Positions 1 to 8,514 of a stretch of DNA of 53,398 bases are shown piece after piece. The notes beneath the pieces were generated by a model. It was not told the origin of the DNA, made no database searches, and was given only the letters and a program-made list of their open reading frames with translations. Position 1 is the stretch's first letter. Each line of letters begins with the position of its first letter. This stretch comes from a virus (lineage: Duplodnaviria; Caudoviricetes), in the IMG/VR virus record IMGVR_UViG_3300031886_000005, positions 1 to 53,398 of that record. One strand, given 5' to 3'. Both the position numbers and the translations under genes were made by a program.

Positions 1-123
1 ATGGCTCGCAGGCTAGGGGCGGGTGAGCTATCCAGTGCCATTAGCAAGGATGCTGACTGGGATAAGGTGGCCGCTGAAAACAATAACATGTACCTAGACG
101 ACAACATGTATGTGGGATATTGA
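1..123 (+). CDS. terL: C-terminal end of terminase large subunit (continues from 51838..53398 across the circular junction)
   Basis: Window starts ATGGCTC, identical to its last 7 nt. Frame reads MARRLGAGELSS...YVGY* (TGA 121-123), continuing ...SPDLADAAVLIIDMA from the right end. Confidence 0.85.
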   Translation: MARRLGAGELSSAISKDADWDKVAAENNNMYLDDNMYVGY

Positions 124-694
124 TACTCAGAAAGGTAAGCGTGGTGGCTGGAGGTATTTCCAAAAGGAAACCAATGTTCTCATTAAAGGGGCTCACTGGC
201 AGAACTTAATTCAAAATGTATCAAAACACAGGGTTGCGAATAACCTGCCTATGGAACCGGGCTTCGAGCAGGAATTGCTCGACTATATGTGCTCACAGGA
301 GGGGGTTGAGTGTGTGAATAGGGAGCCAACAAAGGCTGAACCAATAAGCATACAGGGAGTTCTCCAGTTCACTCAGATACTTGGTGAGGCAATTATCAAA
401 GGGAACAAGATAATTGAAAAGGAGGAGGCCGAGGAGAGGGCTGCTATATGTGCGTCTTGCCCGTCCAACATAGAACCCGTAGGATGTGAGGGTTGCGGGA
501 TTAAGGGCGTGGCTGCTATGTTAAGCCATTTCGTTGGAGCAAGGCAAACGACGCATGACAATAAGCTCAATTCGTGCAAACATTGCGGATGCCTAAACAA
601 GGCACAGATTTGGTTTCAGTTAGAACTGTTACAAAAACATACAAGCGACAGGGTGAACGGGGAGCTTCCCAATAATTGCTGGAAGAAAAGATGA
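110..694 (+). CDS. Cys-rich hypothetical protein between terL and portal
   Basis: 194-aa ORF with several CxxC motifs (CASCP, CEGCG, CKHCGC). Overlaps both neighbours. Confidence 0.7.
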   Translation: MWDIDTQKGKRGGWRYFQKETNVLIKGAHWQNLIQNVSKHRVANNLPMEPGFEQELLDYMCSQEGVECVNREPTKAEPISIQGVLQFTQILGEAIIKGNKIIEKEEAEERAAICASCPSNIEPVGCEGCGIKGVAAMLSHFVGARQTTHDNKLNSCKHCGCLNKAQIWFQLELLQKHTSDRVNGELPNNCWKKR

Positions 695-2892
695 ACAACT
701 ACTTAGATAAAACCAACTCAGCAGAATCACGTCTTACTGATGCTAGAGAAGTACAGGAGATGGTTCTCAACATGGCCCGCTCAGACGAGGCTAGGTCACA
801 GGTTAGAGCGAGGGTGAAGGGGCTTATTGACGGCAACCCACCATACAACAAGGCAGAGCTTCGGAAGAATGCACAGTCCTATCGTTGTAACGTGAATTTT
901 AGAGAAGCAGAATCGTTTCTCAACATGGGTATGTCTGCCTTCTACGACGTATTCTCAGAGGTTCCAACATATGCAACCGTCCGTATCAATCACACCAACG
1001 CAAATGTAGATGAATCCTATAGCAAGATTATCACCGAAGAGTTCGACAGGATGCAGAAGAAGGATGGCAACTTTGATTATCTCATGCAGCTATCCCAACA
1101 TGAGATGGTGCTGTACGGGAACGGGCCTATGGTATTTGAAGATACCCTCGACTGGCGTTGTAAACCAGTCAAGGCGGGTGACCTGCTTGTCCCCGAGAAG
1201 ACGAAATCAAACGTAAACGAATGGGTTGTGGCCGTGGTAAGGTCGGTGTACCAAGTGCACGAGCTGTATGGCTACATCAAGAACACCGAGGCAGCTGAAG
1301 CTATGGGGTGGGATGTGGGAGCTGTTAAGAAGGCAATCATGCAGTCTGTTCCGGAGCAGGAAGGCAAGAGCGGCAAGCAGCAATGGGAATACTATCAGCA
1401 GAAAATAAGAAATAACGATTTATCGTACTCGTCTGAATGTGACGTTATCCGTGTAGCTCACGTTTATTACAGGGAATTTCCCGATGACGAGAACCCAAAA
1501 GGTTCCATCACGCATTGCATGGTGGATGAGAGAGGTGATGGCCGTCAGTTCCTGTTCCGTAATCTGAAGCAATTTGAGGACTGGAATGAGTGCATACATT
1601 GTTTATATTACGACAAGGGGGACGGCCAGCATCACTCTGTTAAAGGCATGGGCATTAAGATGTTCTCAGCACTTGAACTGAAGAACAGGCTGAAGTGCTC
1701 ACTAATCGACGCCGCCGTGGCACGTACTGCTATCCACTTCCAGCCCACCACCCCAAGCGATCTTAATAGAACCAGCGTTGTGCAGATGGGGCCGTATACC
1801 GTTATCCCACCGGGGATGCAGATACAGCAAACCAACTCAGCTGGCGTTCTAGATGCCCCTCTGAAGGTGGAGGAATCTCTTGAGGGAACACTGCAGGCAA
1901 ACCTAACCCAGTACAGGCAGAGACTTGAGAAGGATGGCAACCCGAGAACAGCCACAGAGATTGAGGCACTTGTGGCACAGCAGAGTATCTTGGGTAAGAC
2001 GCAACTTAACAGATATTACTCCCAGTTGGACGCACTATTCACTGAGCGTTACCGCAGGGCTATCAACCCGGATTTGACAGAAGACGCTCCCGGCGGTGCA
2101 GAGGCTTTGGAGTTTCAGAAGAAATGCAGGGAAAGAGGTGTTCCCAAGGGTGCGATGCCTGCCTATGATTCAGTGACTGCAACTAGAACCAATGGTCGCG
2201 GTTCTGCCCTTGAGCGCAGGAACACAATGCATCAGCTAATGGGCATGTCTACCATGCTGCCCGAGACTGGCCGACAGCACGTCATTGAGGATACCATTGC
2301 AAGCATGACAGGATTTAACAGCCTTGAGAGATACTTCCCGGTTCCGGAGAAAGACCCACTACAAGACGAGCACGAGCAAGAGGCCGCACGCGAGAACGCC
2401 TTGTTCAAGCTGGGGGAACCATTCCCAACGTCTGAGAATGACAATCACGCCATACATGCCGAGTCGCATTTAACGGCTGGATTTAATGTGCTTAACAAGC
2501 AGGCACCGGAGGGTGACAAGACGCAAGTGGCAGGTTATTTACAGCTCCTGCTCAACCACACGTCCGGTCATATGGATTCCTTAAGCCAAGACAGCAGCAG
2601 GAAAGAGAAGGCTAAAGAGCTTAACCAAGCGTTCCAGCAACTGGTTAACTCCTTTAAGAACATTGGGCAACAAGCCAAGGCAGAGCAAGAGTCTCAACAG
2701 CAGGCCCAGCAGGAAGCACAGGCAATAGAGCAGGGCGGTGACGCTAAGGATCAAGTTCTTCAGATGCGTGCCGAAAGGGATATGACGCGCAAGGACGCTG
2801 AAGCTGCTGCAGATATACAGCGTAAACAGATGCAAGCGCAGGCGGATTTAGAGATTAAGAGGGCAAAGGCCGTGAGCGATGTCAGACAGTAG
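676..2892 (+). CDS. Portal protein (probable start ATG 691)
   Basis: ~730-aa ORF just downstream of terL. Has a PRTATEI motif typical of podoviral portals and a Q/A-rich coiled C-terminus (P22-like barrel). Confidence 0.8.
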   Translation: MLEEKMNNYLDKTNSAESRLTDAREVQEMVLNMARSDEARSQVRARVKGLIDGNPPYNKAELRKNAQSYRCNVNFREAESFLNMGMSAFYDVFSEVPTYATVRINHTNANVDESYSKIITEEFDRMQKKDGNFDYLMQLSQHEMVLYGNGPMVFEDTLDWRCKPVKAGDLLVPEKTKSNVNEWVVAVVRSVYQVHELYGYIKNTEAAEAMGWDVGAVKKAIMQSVPEQEGKSGKQQWEYYQQKIRNNDLSYSSECDVIRVAHVYYREFPDDENPKGSITHCMVDERGDGRQFLFRNLKQFEDWNECIHCLYYDKGDGQHHSVKGMGIKMFSALELKNRLKCSLIDAAVARTAIHFQPTTPSDLNRTSVVQMGPYTVIPPGMQIQQTNSAGVLDAPLKVEESLEGTLQANLTQYRQRLEKDGNPRTATEIEALVAQQSILGKTQLNRYYSQLDALFTERYRRAINPDLTEDAPGGAEALEFQKKCRERGVPKGAMPAYDSVTATRTNGRGSALERRNTMHQLMGMSTMLPETGRQHVIEDTIASMTGFNSLERYFPVPEKDPLQDEHEQEAARENALFKLGEPFPTSENDNHAIHAESHLTAGFNVLNKQAPEGDKTQVAGYLQLLLNHTSGHMDSLSQDSSRKEKAKELNQAFQQLVNSFKNIGQQAKAEQESQQQAQQEAQAIEQGGDAKDQVLQMRAERDMTRKDAEAAADIQRKQMQAQADLEIKRAKAVSDVRQ

Positions 2893-3112
2893 ATTACAAC
2901 TTAATGAGTTCGATATAGAATTTCTGAACGTGCTTTGCGCCGAAGAGGTTATGAGGTGCAAGATGGAGCAAAGAAACGCAAAGTACCTAACACAAGCTGC
3001 AGTCTCCAAGCAGAGAGAGAAGACGGCAATGAAGCTGCTCGCAGCGTTTTCAGACACACTGGAGAGAATTGATGAAGATGATGGAATGGAGAGCCGACCC
3101 GAGCTTAACTAG
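2879..3112 (+). CDS. Hypothetical protein
   Basis: 77-aa ORF overlapping the portal stop and the next gene. Confidence 0.5.
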   Translation: MSDSRLQLNEFDIEFLNVLCAEEVMRCKMEQRNAKYLTQAAVSKQREKTAMKLLAAFSDTLERIDEDDGMESRPELN

Positions 3113-3353
3113 CGATGCGGATCGTGTTCTCAAGAATAAAACGATGAAGGCGATGCTAGATGTGCTTGTTGATGAACGACCAAGCACTCGCCCTTTACCC
3201 ACAGTAGGAGCCCAAGGAACAGACCACGCCTATGCGAATGGTCTTGAAACCGGATGGCGTGCTGCTATAGAAACACTAAAGTCACTGGCGGAACCGTTGC
3301 CTGCTTCAGAGCAGATAATGGCTACGTTCTCTGACGAAAACAGAAACGACTGA
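3069..3353 (+). CDS. Small head-module protein between portal and scaffold
   Basis: 94-aa helical ORF in the usual portal-X-scaffold position. Confidence 0.6.
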   Translation: MMKMMEWRADPSLTSDADRVLKNKTMKAMLDVLVDERPSTRPLPTVGAQGTDHAYANGLETGWRAAIETLKSLAEPLPASEQIMATFSDENRND

Positions 3354-3355
3354 TT

Positions 3356-4465
3356 ATGGCTAAAGAAGAACTATCACTGGAGAACCTCGACGAAATATCA
3401 ACTGAGGAAACCGCTACGGCGGAAGCGGAACCAACCGAAGAAACCGCAACAACAACGGAGGCCGTGGAAGAGGGGGGTGAACCCTCAAATTTCTTGGCAG
3501 ACCTAAATAAAGCAATGGGCGAAGAGCCTGTTGAGGAGGCCGTTAAGGAGCCGGAAACCCCTGAGCCAGTTGGTGATAAGGGTGAGACGGTGGAGGAGGA
3601 GAGCCTTAGTCCCTCGGCTAAAAACTTTAAGAAGATCAAGGAAGACCGCGATAATGCTAGGTCTGAGATTGACAACCTAAAGAAAGAACTGGAATCCGCC
3701 AAGGCGAACACTAACAGCGGGGACTTGGATAAGATAAGGGCTGAACGTGACCAACTGTCAGATGAGCTAAAGATTGCCTCCATTGAGAGGCATCCCGAGT
3801 TTCGTAGAAAATACGAAGAGCGTGCTGGTCAGCTGGTAACTCAGGCCAAGGAAATGGTCGGCGTCGGAATGGACGAAAAGATCACGCAGCTTCTCTTTAT
3901 GGCTGAATCAGAGGGCAGAACAGAGCAGCTGGACGACGTATTCTCTGAGCTTCCGGTAAGCAAGCAGGCTCGTTTGGCCAGCTTAATCTCTGAAATGGAC
4001 AAACTTCAGACTGACAGAATTGAGGAGCTTAACAACTCTAACGCCACATACGACGCCCTGCAGGAGCAGGATAGGGGTCAGCTTCAAGACAGGCTGAACA
4101 TGACCAACAAGACCTTTGACGAGGTTGCTCAGCGTGCTTCTAACCTAGAGATGTACCGCACAAAGGAGGGTGATGATGACTGGAATAAGGAAGTTGATTC
4201 TAGGATGAATGTTGCTCGAAGCATATTCACTGGGGCATCTAATCAAGAAGATTTGGCACTGGCATCCCTGTGGGCTGCGGCAGGCCCATCGTATCGTGAA
4301 GCCTATGGCGCACAGGTTGAGGTTAACAGAAGGCTGCAGCAGCAAATCAAGGATTTGACTGGCGCAACTCCATCCATGCAGCCACAATCATCTACGACAG
4401 AGCCAGCCAAGGAGGTGGGCTTCTTGGAAGCGTTAAACAACGAGATGGGAGGCGGGTTACAGTAA
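3356..4465 (+). CDS. Capsid scaffolding protein-like
   Basis: Acidic E/T/P-rich N-terminus, long coiled coil, located after the portal. Confidence 0.65.
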   Translation: MAKEELSLENLDEISTEETATAEAEPTEETATTTEAVEEGGEPSNFLADLNKAMGEEPVEEAVKEPETPEPVGDKGETVEEESLSPSAKNFKKIKEDRDNARSEIDNLKKELESAKANTNSGDLDKIRAERDQLSDELKIASIERHPEFRRKYEERAGQLVTQAKEMVGVGMDEKITQLLFMAESEGRTEQLDDVFSELPVSKQARLASLISEMDKLQTDRIEELNNSNATYDALQEQDRGQLQDRLNMTNKTFDEVAQRASNLEMYRTKEGDDDWNKEVDSRMNVARSIFTGASNQEDLALASLWAAAGPSYREAYGAQVEVNRRLQQQIKDLTGATPSMQPQSSTTEPAKEVGFLEALNNEMGGGLQ

Positions 4466-4584
4466 TGCCAAAAGTTGGAAAAACACATTATGCGTACACT
4501 AAGAAGGGCGTAAAGGCGGCGAAGCGTGCTGCCAAGGCCAAGGGTGTTAAGGTTCAGCGAAGCAAGTCCCAGCGGTACAAATAG
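4465..4584 (+). CDS. Small basic protein (39 aa, MPKVGKTHYAYTKKGVKAAKRAAK...)
   Basis: Translated by hand. TAATG stop/start overlap with the scaffold gene. Lys/Ala-rich type common in phage head modules. Confidence 0.65.
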   Translation: MPKVGKTHYAYTKKGVKAAKRAAKAKGVKVQRSKSQRYK

Positions 4585-5006
4585 TCCTCCCACTTGCAGG
4601 TCTTCCATTTATCAGGGTATCTAGGGTGTTGGCCGGACGGCCAAAACACACCCTTGTAGACATCAACTTCAGACAGTGGGATAACGTAAAATCCTGTGTA
4701 TGAATTGAATGATAAGGCCACCACGAAGGCGTCGCAGTCATCTGATGTGTACGACTTACTTGCCCTGTGTCCGTGGATAAAGTTTACATCGTATGTACCA
4801 TACTTATTGGGGCGGGCGGTTTTGACTTGGACTCTCTTGAGTGACCCTTCTTGGCTATCGGAGATGAGGTCATAGCCCTTGTCTATCATGGGCCAGCTAA
4901 CTTGGAACCCATGCCTTAGCAACTCAACAGCAACTAATAGTTCGCCAATCTTTCCATTGGCCTTACGGATTTGGTCTGCTGAGTGGTTGTCTGTCTTCTT
5001 CCCCAT
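4554..5006 (-). CDS. PD-(D/E)XK endonuclease (group I intron-associated / PDDEXK_5-like)
   Basis: Motif layout GKIGELLV...YDLI...RVQVKT. Confidence 0.75.
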   Translation of the reverse strand: MGKKTDNHSADQIRKANGKIGELLVAVELLRHGFQVSWPMIDKGYDLISDSQEGSLKRVQVKTARPNKYGTYDVNFIHGHRASKSYTSDDCDAFVVALSFNSYTGFYVIPLSEVDVYKGVFWPSGQHPRYPDKWKTCKWEDYLYRWDLLR

Positions 5007-5247
5007 CCAAAGAACCAGCGTACCAGCCTTCGGGCAAGGTCACTTTGTTCTTGGAAAGCACCCATTCGCCCTCAGAGTTTTGAAAGTACACCCTACCTTT
5101 TACACTTGGCCCCATCCTCACCACATTTCCCGCACTCACACTTTCCGACACAAACACAACCCTTGTTGTTCCGCAGCTTGCGCCGAATAGCATCGCGGAA
5201 ATTATTAGTAGTCTCTTTATCCGTAACGACATCACTCGCCTTAACAT
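4963..5247 (-). CDS. Lipoprotein, o-spanin (Rz1)-like
   Basis: Signal peptide ending in lipobox-like LFGASC. Overlaps the upstream small gene in another frame, beside holin-like genes. Confidence 0.55.
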   Translation of the reverse strand: MLRRVMSLRIKRLLIISAMLFGASCGTTRVVFVSESVSAGNVVRMGPSVKGRVYFQNSEGEWVLSKNKVTLPEGWYAGSLDGEEDRQPLSRPNP

Positions 5248-5317
5248 CCTGTTTAATCTCTGACTTAACCAACCCGGTCAGCCAATCTAAGACAGCCTTT
5301 AGTAAGGCCGCTAACAT
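5093..5317 (-). CDS. Small protein, possible i-spanin (Rz)-like partner
   Basis: Hydrophobic/amphipathic N-terminus. Overlaps the lipoprotein gene in the Rz/Rz1 manner. Confidence 0.4.
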   Translation of the reverse strand: MLAALLKAVLDWLTGLVKSEIKQDVKASDVVTDKETTNNFRDAIRRKLRNNKGCVCVGKCECGKCGEDGAKCKR

Positions 5318-5527
5318 TTAATTCTGCTTGGCCAACCCGCGAGATACGGTGTAGCCCAAGGCTGTAAGGCTGGATACCACGAACCCAAAGACCTTATCTG
5401 CTCCTGTGAGGCCAGCCGAAGGGTCTACGACCCCTGCTCCCCATAACAAGGAACAGCCAGCCACGCAGACTGTGATCCAAAATTCAGTAGTTTTCCAACC
5501 CGGTTTAGCTTGTTTTGTTGTCGCCAT
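5318..5527 (-). CDS. Holin-like membrane protein
   Basis: 69 aa with KPGWKTTEFW followed by two hydrophobic segments and a basic tail. Confidence 0.65.
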   Translation of the reverse strand: MATTKQAKPGWKTTEFWITVCVAGCSLLWGAGVVDPSAGLTGADKVFGFVVSSLTALGYTVSRGLAKQN

Positions 5528-5681
5528 CTTTTAGTAGTTTTACGATTTTTACTGCAGTCCACGCTATCGTGACTAGCAGCATGATGATCTTTAGAACCAT
5601 CTCAATTTCAGCTAGTGACACGGCAGCGAATACACCTCCATTTATACCCAGTGTCCTAATCCAGTCAAGAGTATCATTCAT
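5505..5681 (-). CDS. Small membrane protein (holin/antiholin-like, 58 aa)
   Basis: Translated by hand: MNDTLDWIRTLGINGGVFAAVSLAEIEMVLKIIMLLVTIAWTAVKIVKLLKDGDNKTS*. Fills the gap between capsid and holin genes. Confidence 0.6.
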   Translation of the reverse strand: MNDTLDWIRTLGINGGVFAAVSLAEIEMVLKIIMLLVTIAWTAVKIVKLLKDGDNKTS

Positions 5682-5688
5682 GGTAAAG

Positions 5689-5718
5689 GTGGGATGCCCC
5701 CCGAAAGGGGCACCCCAT
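5689..5718 (-). terminator. GC-rich hairpin downstream of capsid gene (weak terminator or mRNA stabiliser)
   Basis: Minus strand ATGGGGTGCCCC-TTTCGG-GGGGCATCCCAC, followed by only a short T run. Confidence 0.5.
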
Positions 5719-5740
5719 TGGTGATGACGACTGAGGCAAA

Positions 5741-6994
5741 TTAGGCCACTACATTGTCGCGCTTGAAGAGTAGGGTAGCACCGTGGTCACCGAACACTGG
5801 CTCGAAAGCCATTTCGTATTGACCGTAGTGACGCCCGTATAACTCAAGCGGATCAGCGCACGAATCATCGTTTTTGTACGCGCCAGTAATGAACTGCCAA
5901 TCTCCCGAATAGTTTTCGGGTGAGAAAGCAAGCCCACCGGGCACCTGAGTTGGAACAACGAGCCGCTTCATCACACTTGGTGTGAGTGCGATAGCTGCTT
6001 CGTAAACACCGTCTCCATCGGAGATGTCTTTACCTGTGTATTCCTCACTCAGCTTCGTGCTCGTCCCAGCAGTTGGGGAGCCAGCTGAATGCTCGCTAAC
6101 GCGATCATATCCGGTGTCTCCACCATTACGCTTAAAGCGGGCAGGATTGGTGACAACAATGTGGCGGAAGTTTCCGGTCACACGGTCAGCTCCAATACGA
6201 GCAAGAAGCTCGTTAGACTTGGAAGATTCGCGGTAATCAGTACGGACGTTAGCGTCTTGCTTCAGTAGAAGGTTAGATGCTTCCATTCCGATGATCAGCG
6301 GGAACACTGGGCCATTAGAGCCAAGCTCGATCCATCCATTGCTGTCTCCTTCAGTTGCACCTGACTCAATCAGCTTGATAGCAAGCTGGTCTAGGTGACC
6401 GGGGAGAAGGGCAACAGTGTCAGCCAGCGTGTCTGCGGAGAACTCCTTGGTGGAATCAACGGCTATGTCATTCAGTGCTTCCGCACCGCTTGCTCCGCTG
6501 ATTGTGACCTTGCGAGCTTTCTTCATGTACTCGTTCTGAATCTTGTTTTCCAAGATACGCTTCGAGTGCTTCGTAATCTCTTCGAGATACGCACGCATGA
6601 AGGTGTCCACGTTGTACTGGTACTTGAGGTTGCTTTGGCAGATTTGTGGGCCACGAACGGATATACGCTCCGGGCTGTAAGTCTGCTCGCTGTATCCCCA
6701 CTCTACGTCTTGCCAATCTTTTTCGCAGAAGCCGCCTGTGGCTTGGTCGAGGTAAAGATTGCTCGCTGAGTTGGCGGAGCTTCCACTGTTTAATTTAACC
6801 CATTCCAACTCATCGTTGGTTGGCATTGAGTTCTCGATTGTGTGAGTAGTTTGGGTGAGCCCCTTACCTAGTGGATATGCTCCAACTGGTACGGCATTCA
6901 ACCAAACACTACGGTTCAGTGCCTTGCGATGGACATCTTGCCCAAGCGATTCGGCCACTGTTTTCAGTGCTTGAAAAATTGTTGCACAAGCCAT
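5741..6994 (-). CDS. Major capsid protein
   Basis: 417 aa, capsid-like size and composition, own promoter, strong RBS (AAAGGAA) and downstream hairpin. No other capsid candidate in the genome. Confidence 0.7.
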   Translation of the reverse strand: MACATIFQALKTVAESLGQDVHRKALNRSVWLNAVPVGAYPLGKGLTQTTHTIENSMPTNDELEWVKLNSGSSANSASNLYLDQATGGFCEKDWQDVEWGYSEQTYSPERISVRGPQICQSNLKYQYNVDTFMRAYLEEITKHSKRILENKIQNEYMKKARKVTISGASGAEALNDIAVDSTKEFSADTLADTVALLPGHLDQLAIKLIESGATEGDSNGWIELGSNGPVFPLIIGMEASNLLLKQDANVRTDYRESSKSNELLARIGADRVTGNFRHIVVTNPARFKRNGGDTGYDRVSEHSAGSPTAGTSTKLSEEYTGKDISDGDGVYEAAIALTPSVMKRLVVPTQVPGGLAFSPENYSGDWQFITGAYKNDDSCADPLELYGRHYGQYEMAFEPVFGDHGATLLFKRDNVVA

Positions 6995-7162
6995 GATAGT
7001 TTCCTTTTTTTAAGGTTAACGTAAGAGAAGATAGAAGTCCGGCCAACAGGGACGGACACACTTCCCCTATTATCCGGTTGGCTCGCTTTCCGGTTAGGCC
7101 GCACAGGTTGCCACGCTGCATTAGGCAAGTGAAACTTTTAGGCGGGTTCCATCCGCAAATGA

Positions 7163-7195
7163 AATATACTAGACAATCATAATTTGCGTCAAGTG
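7163..7195 (-). promoter_or_regulatory. Sigma70-like promoter for capsid/lysis operon
   Basis: Minus strand CAC-TTGACG-N18-TATATT. The 10-mer CACTTGACGC is shared with the tail-operon promoter. Confidence 0.5.
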
Positions 7196-7306
7196 ATCGG
7201 CAAACTTTTTTGTCAATCACCAGTGAGCGGCAAAGGGGTTGGACATTCAATGTCTAACCAAGTTTCTTGAGAAGGGGTGTTTTTTGTTAATAACTATTGC
7301 TAGGCA

Positions 7307-8296
7307 TTGTATTACTTGTGTGCTACATTTGCCCGACATATGACAGAACTAACTAATACAGAGCAGCATGAGGTCGCCCTTGCAATAGGGCTAGTTAGGG
7401 CCAATAAACTAAGCCTATTAGATGCGGTGAAAGAGCAGGTTGAGATCGAGGCCAAGAGGAAGAGGATGGCTGAGGTTTCCCCAGCCGTTGAACTTTTCTT
7501 GAAGGATAAAGCAGATACGGGAAACGCAGCCACCTCAATGAAAACCTTGAGGTCAATCATATCACGTTTCGCCTTAGTATTTGACGGGCGGCTGCTGGAC
7601 GAAGTTACACATAACGAGATCAAGCAATGGATTAGCGGCCTTGGCCTTGCCACTAGAACCAAGAACGGGTACGTGAAGGAGGTCAAAAACCTATACAACT
7701 GGTCTATTCAAGAGGGCTACGCTGAGGTTAATCCAACCACCCGTATTGCCACGTACCGCCCGTCTGTCGAGGAGCTTGAGGCCAAGGAGGAGGCTAAGGA
7801 GATTCTTACCGTGGCCGAGGTCGATACGATGACCAAGTACGTGATGGACAACTGCCCTGACGCTATGCCGCGAATGGCTATCCAGCTTTATAGCGGTACA
7901 CGCCCGGAACGTGAGTCTGCTTCAATCGAAATGGGAAATATCTACTTGGATGACGGCCTGCTCCATGTGCCTGCATCAAAGGCAAAGGATCGCAAGGAAA
8001 GGTTTGTTAAGATGAGCGACAAGCTGGTGGGCATAGTTAAGTGGGCCAAGGGCAATAATTTGAACCTTCAAGCAGCGAACTGGGACAGCAAGTGGAGTGC
8101 GATAAAGAACTCAGTTGGGCTGCTAGGGCAATGGCCGAACAGCTGTACCCGACACACGTTTGCATCGTACAACCTCGCCAAGTTTGGTGCTGACCCAACC
8201 AAGGAGGCACTGGGGCACGGAAGCTACGATATGCTATTCCAACACTACCGAACACTCGTCCACCCCGACGAAGCAGAGACATATTTCTCTGCGTAA
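7307..8296 (+). CDS. int: Tyrosine recombinase / integrase (likely start ATG 7340)
   Basis: SAM-like core-binding region, then catalytic SGTRPERE (R), KAKD (K), CTRHTFASY (R), LGH and HYR (Y). Confidence 0.9.
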   Translation: MYYLCATFARHMTELTNTEQHEVALAIGLVRANKLSLLDAVKEQVEIEAKRKRMAEVSPAVELFLKDKADTGNAATSMKTLRSIISRFALVFDGRLLDEVTHNEIKQWISGLGLATRTKNGYVKEVKNLYNWSIQEGYAEVNPTTRIATYRPSVEELEAKEEAKEILTVAEVDTMTKYVMDNCPDAMPRMAIQLYSGTRPERESASIEMGNIYLDDGLLHVPASKAKDRKERFVKMSDKLVGIVKWAKGNNLNLQAANWDSKWSAIKNSVGLLGQWPNSCTRHTFASYNLAKFGADPTKEALGHGSYDMLFQHYRTLVHPDEAETYFSA

Positions 8297-8301
8297 TAAC
8301 A

Positions 8302-8514
8302 TTGACAGACATGAGTATTGCAACTACTAATATCAACATGCCAAGGCGCATGGAAAAAACCACCTGTTTCAGAAACACTGATCAACTTGATGAGTTGCTT
8401 AAAAAGATTTCTGAGGCATCCGGAATACCAGTGTCATCTTTAATCAGACACTGCCTTCTCACTGAAACCTCAAAGCTGGCTAAGCAATATGGAATCGACA
8501 CTAAGGGAGATTGA
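8302..8514 (+). CDS. Ribbon-helix-helix-like DNA-binding protein
   Basis: Short strand (TTCFR), then LDELLKKISEASGIPVSSLIRHCL helix pair. Confidence 0.55.
   Translation: MTDMSIATTNINMPRRMEKTTCFRNTDQLDELLKKISEASGIPVSSLIRHCLLTETSKLAKQYGIDTKGD

Noticed and set aside
6995-7340. attP site next to the integrase
   Set aside because: The location is plausible, but I could not identify a core or arm-type repeats without the host sequence.
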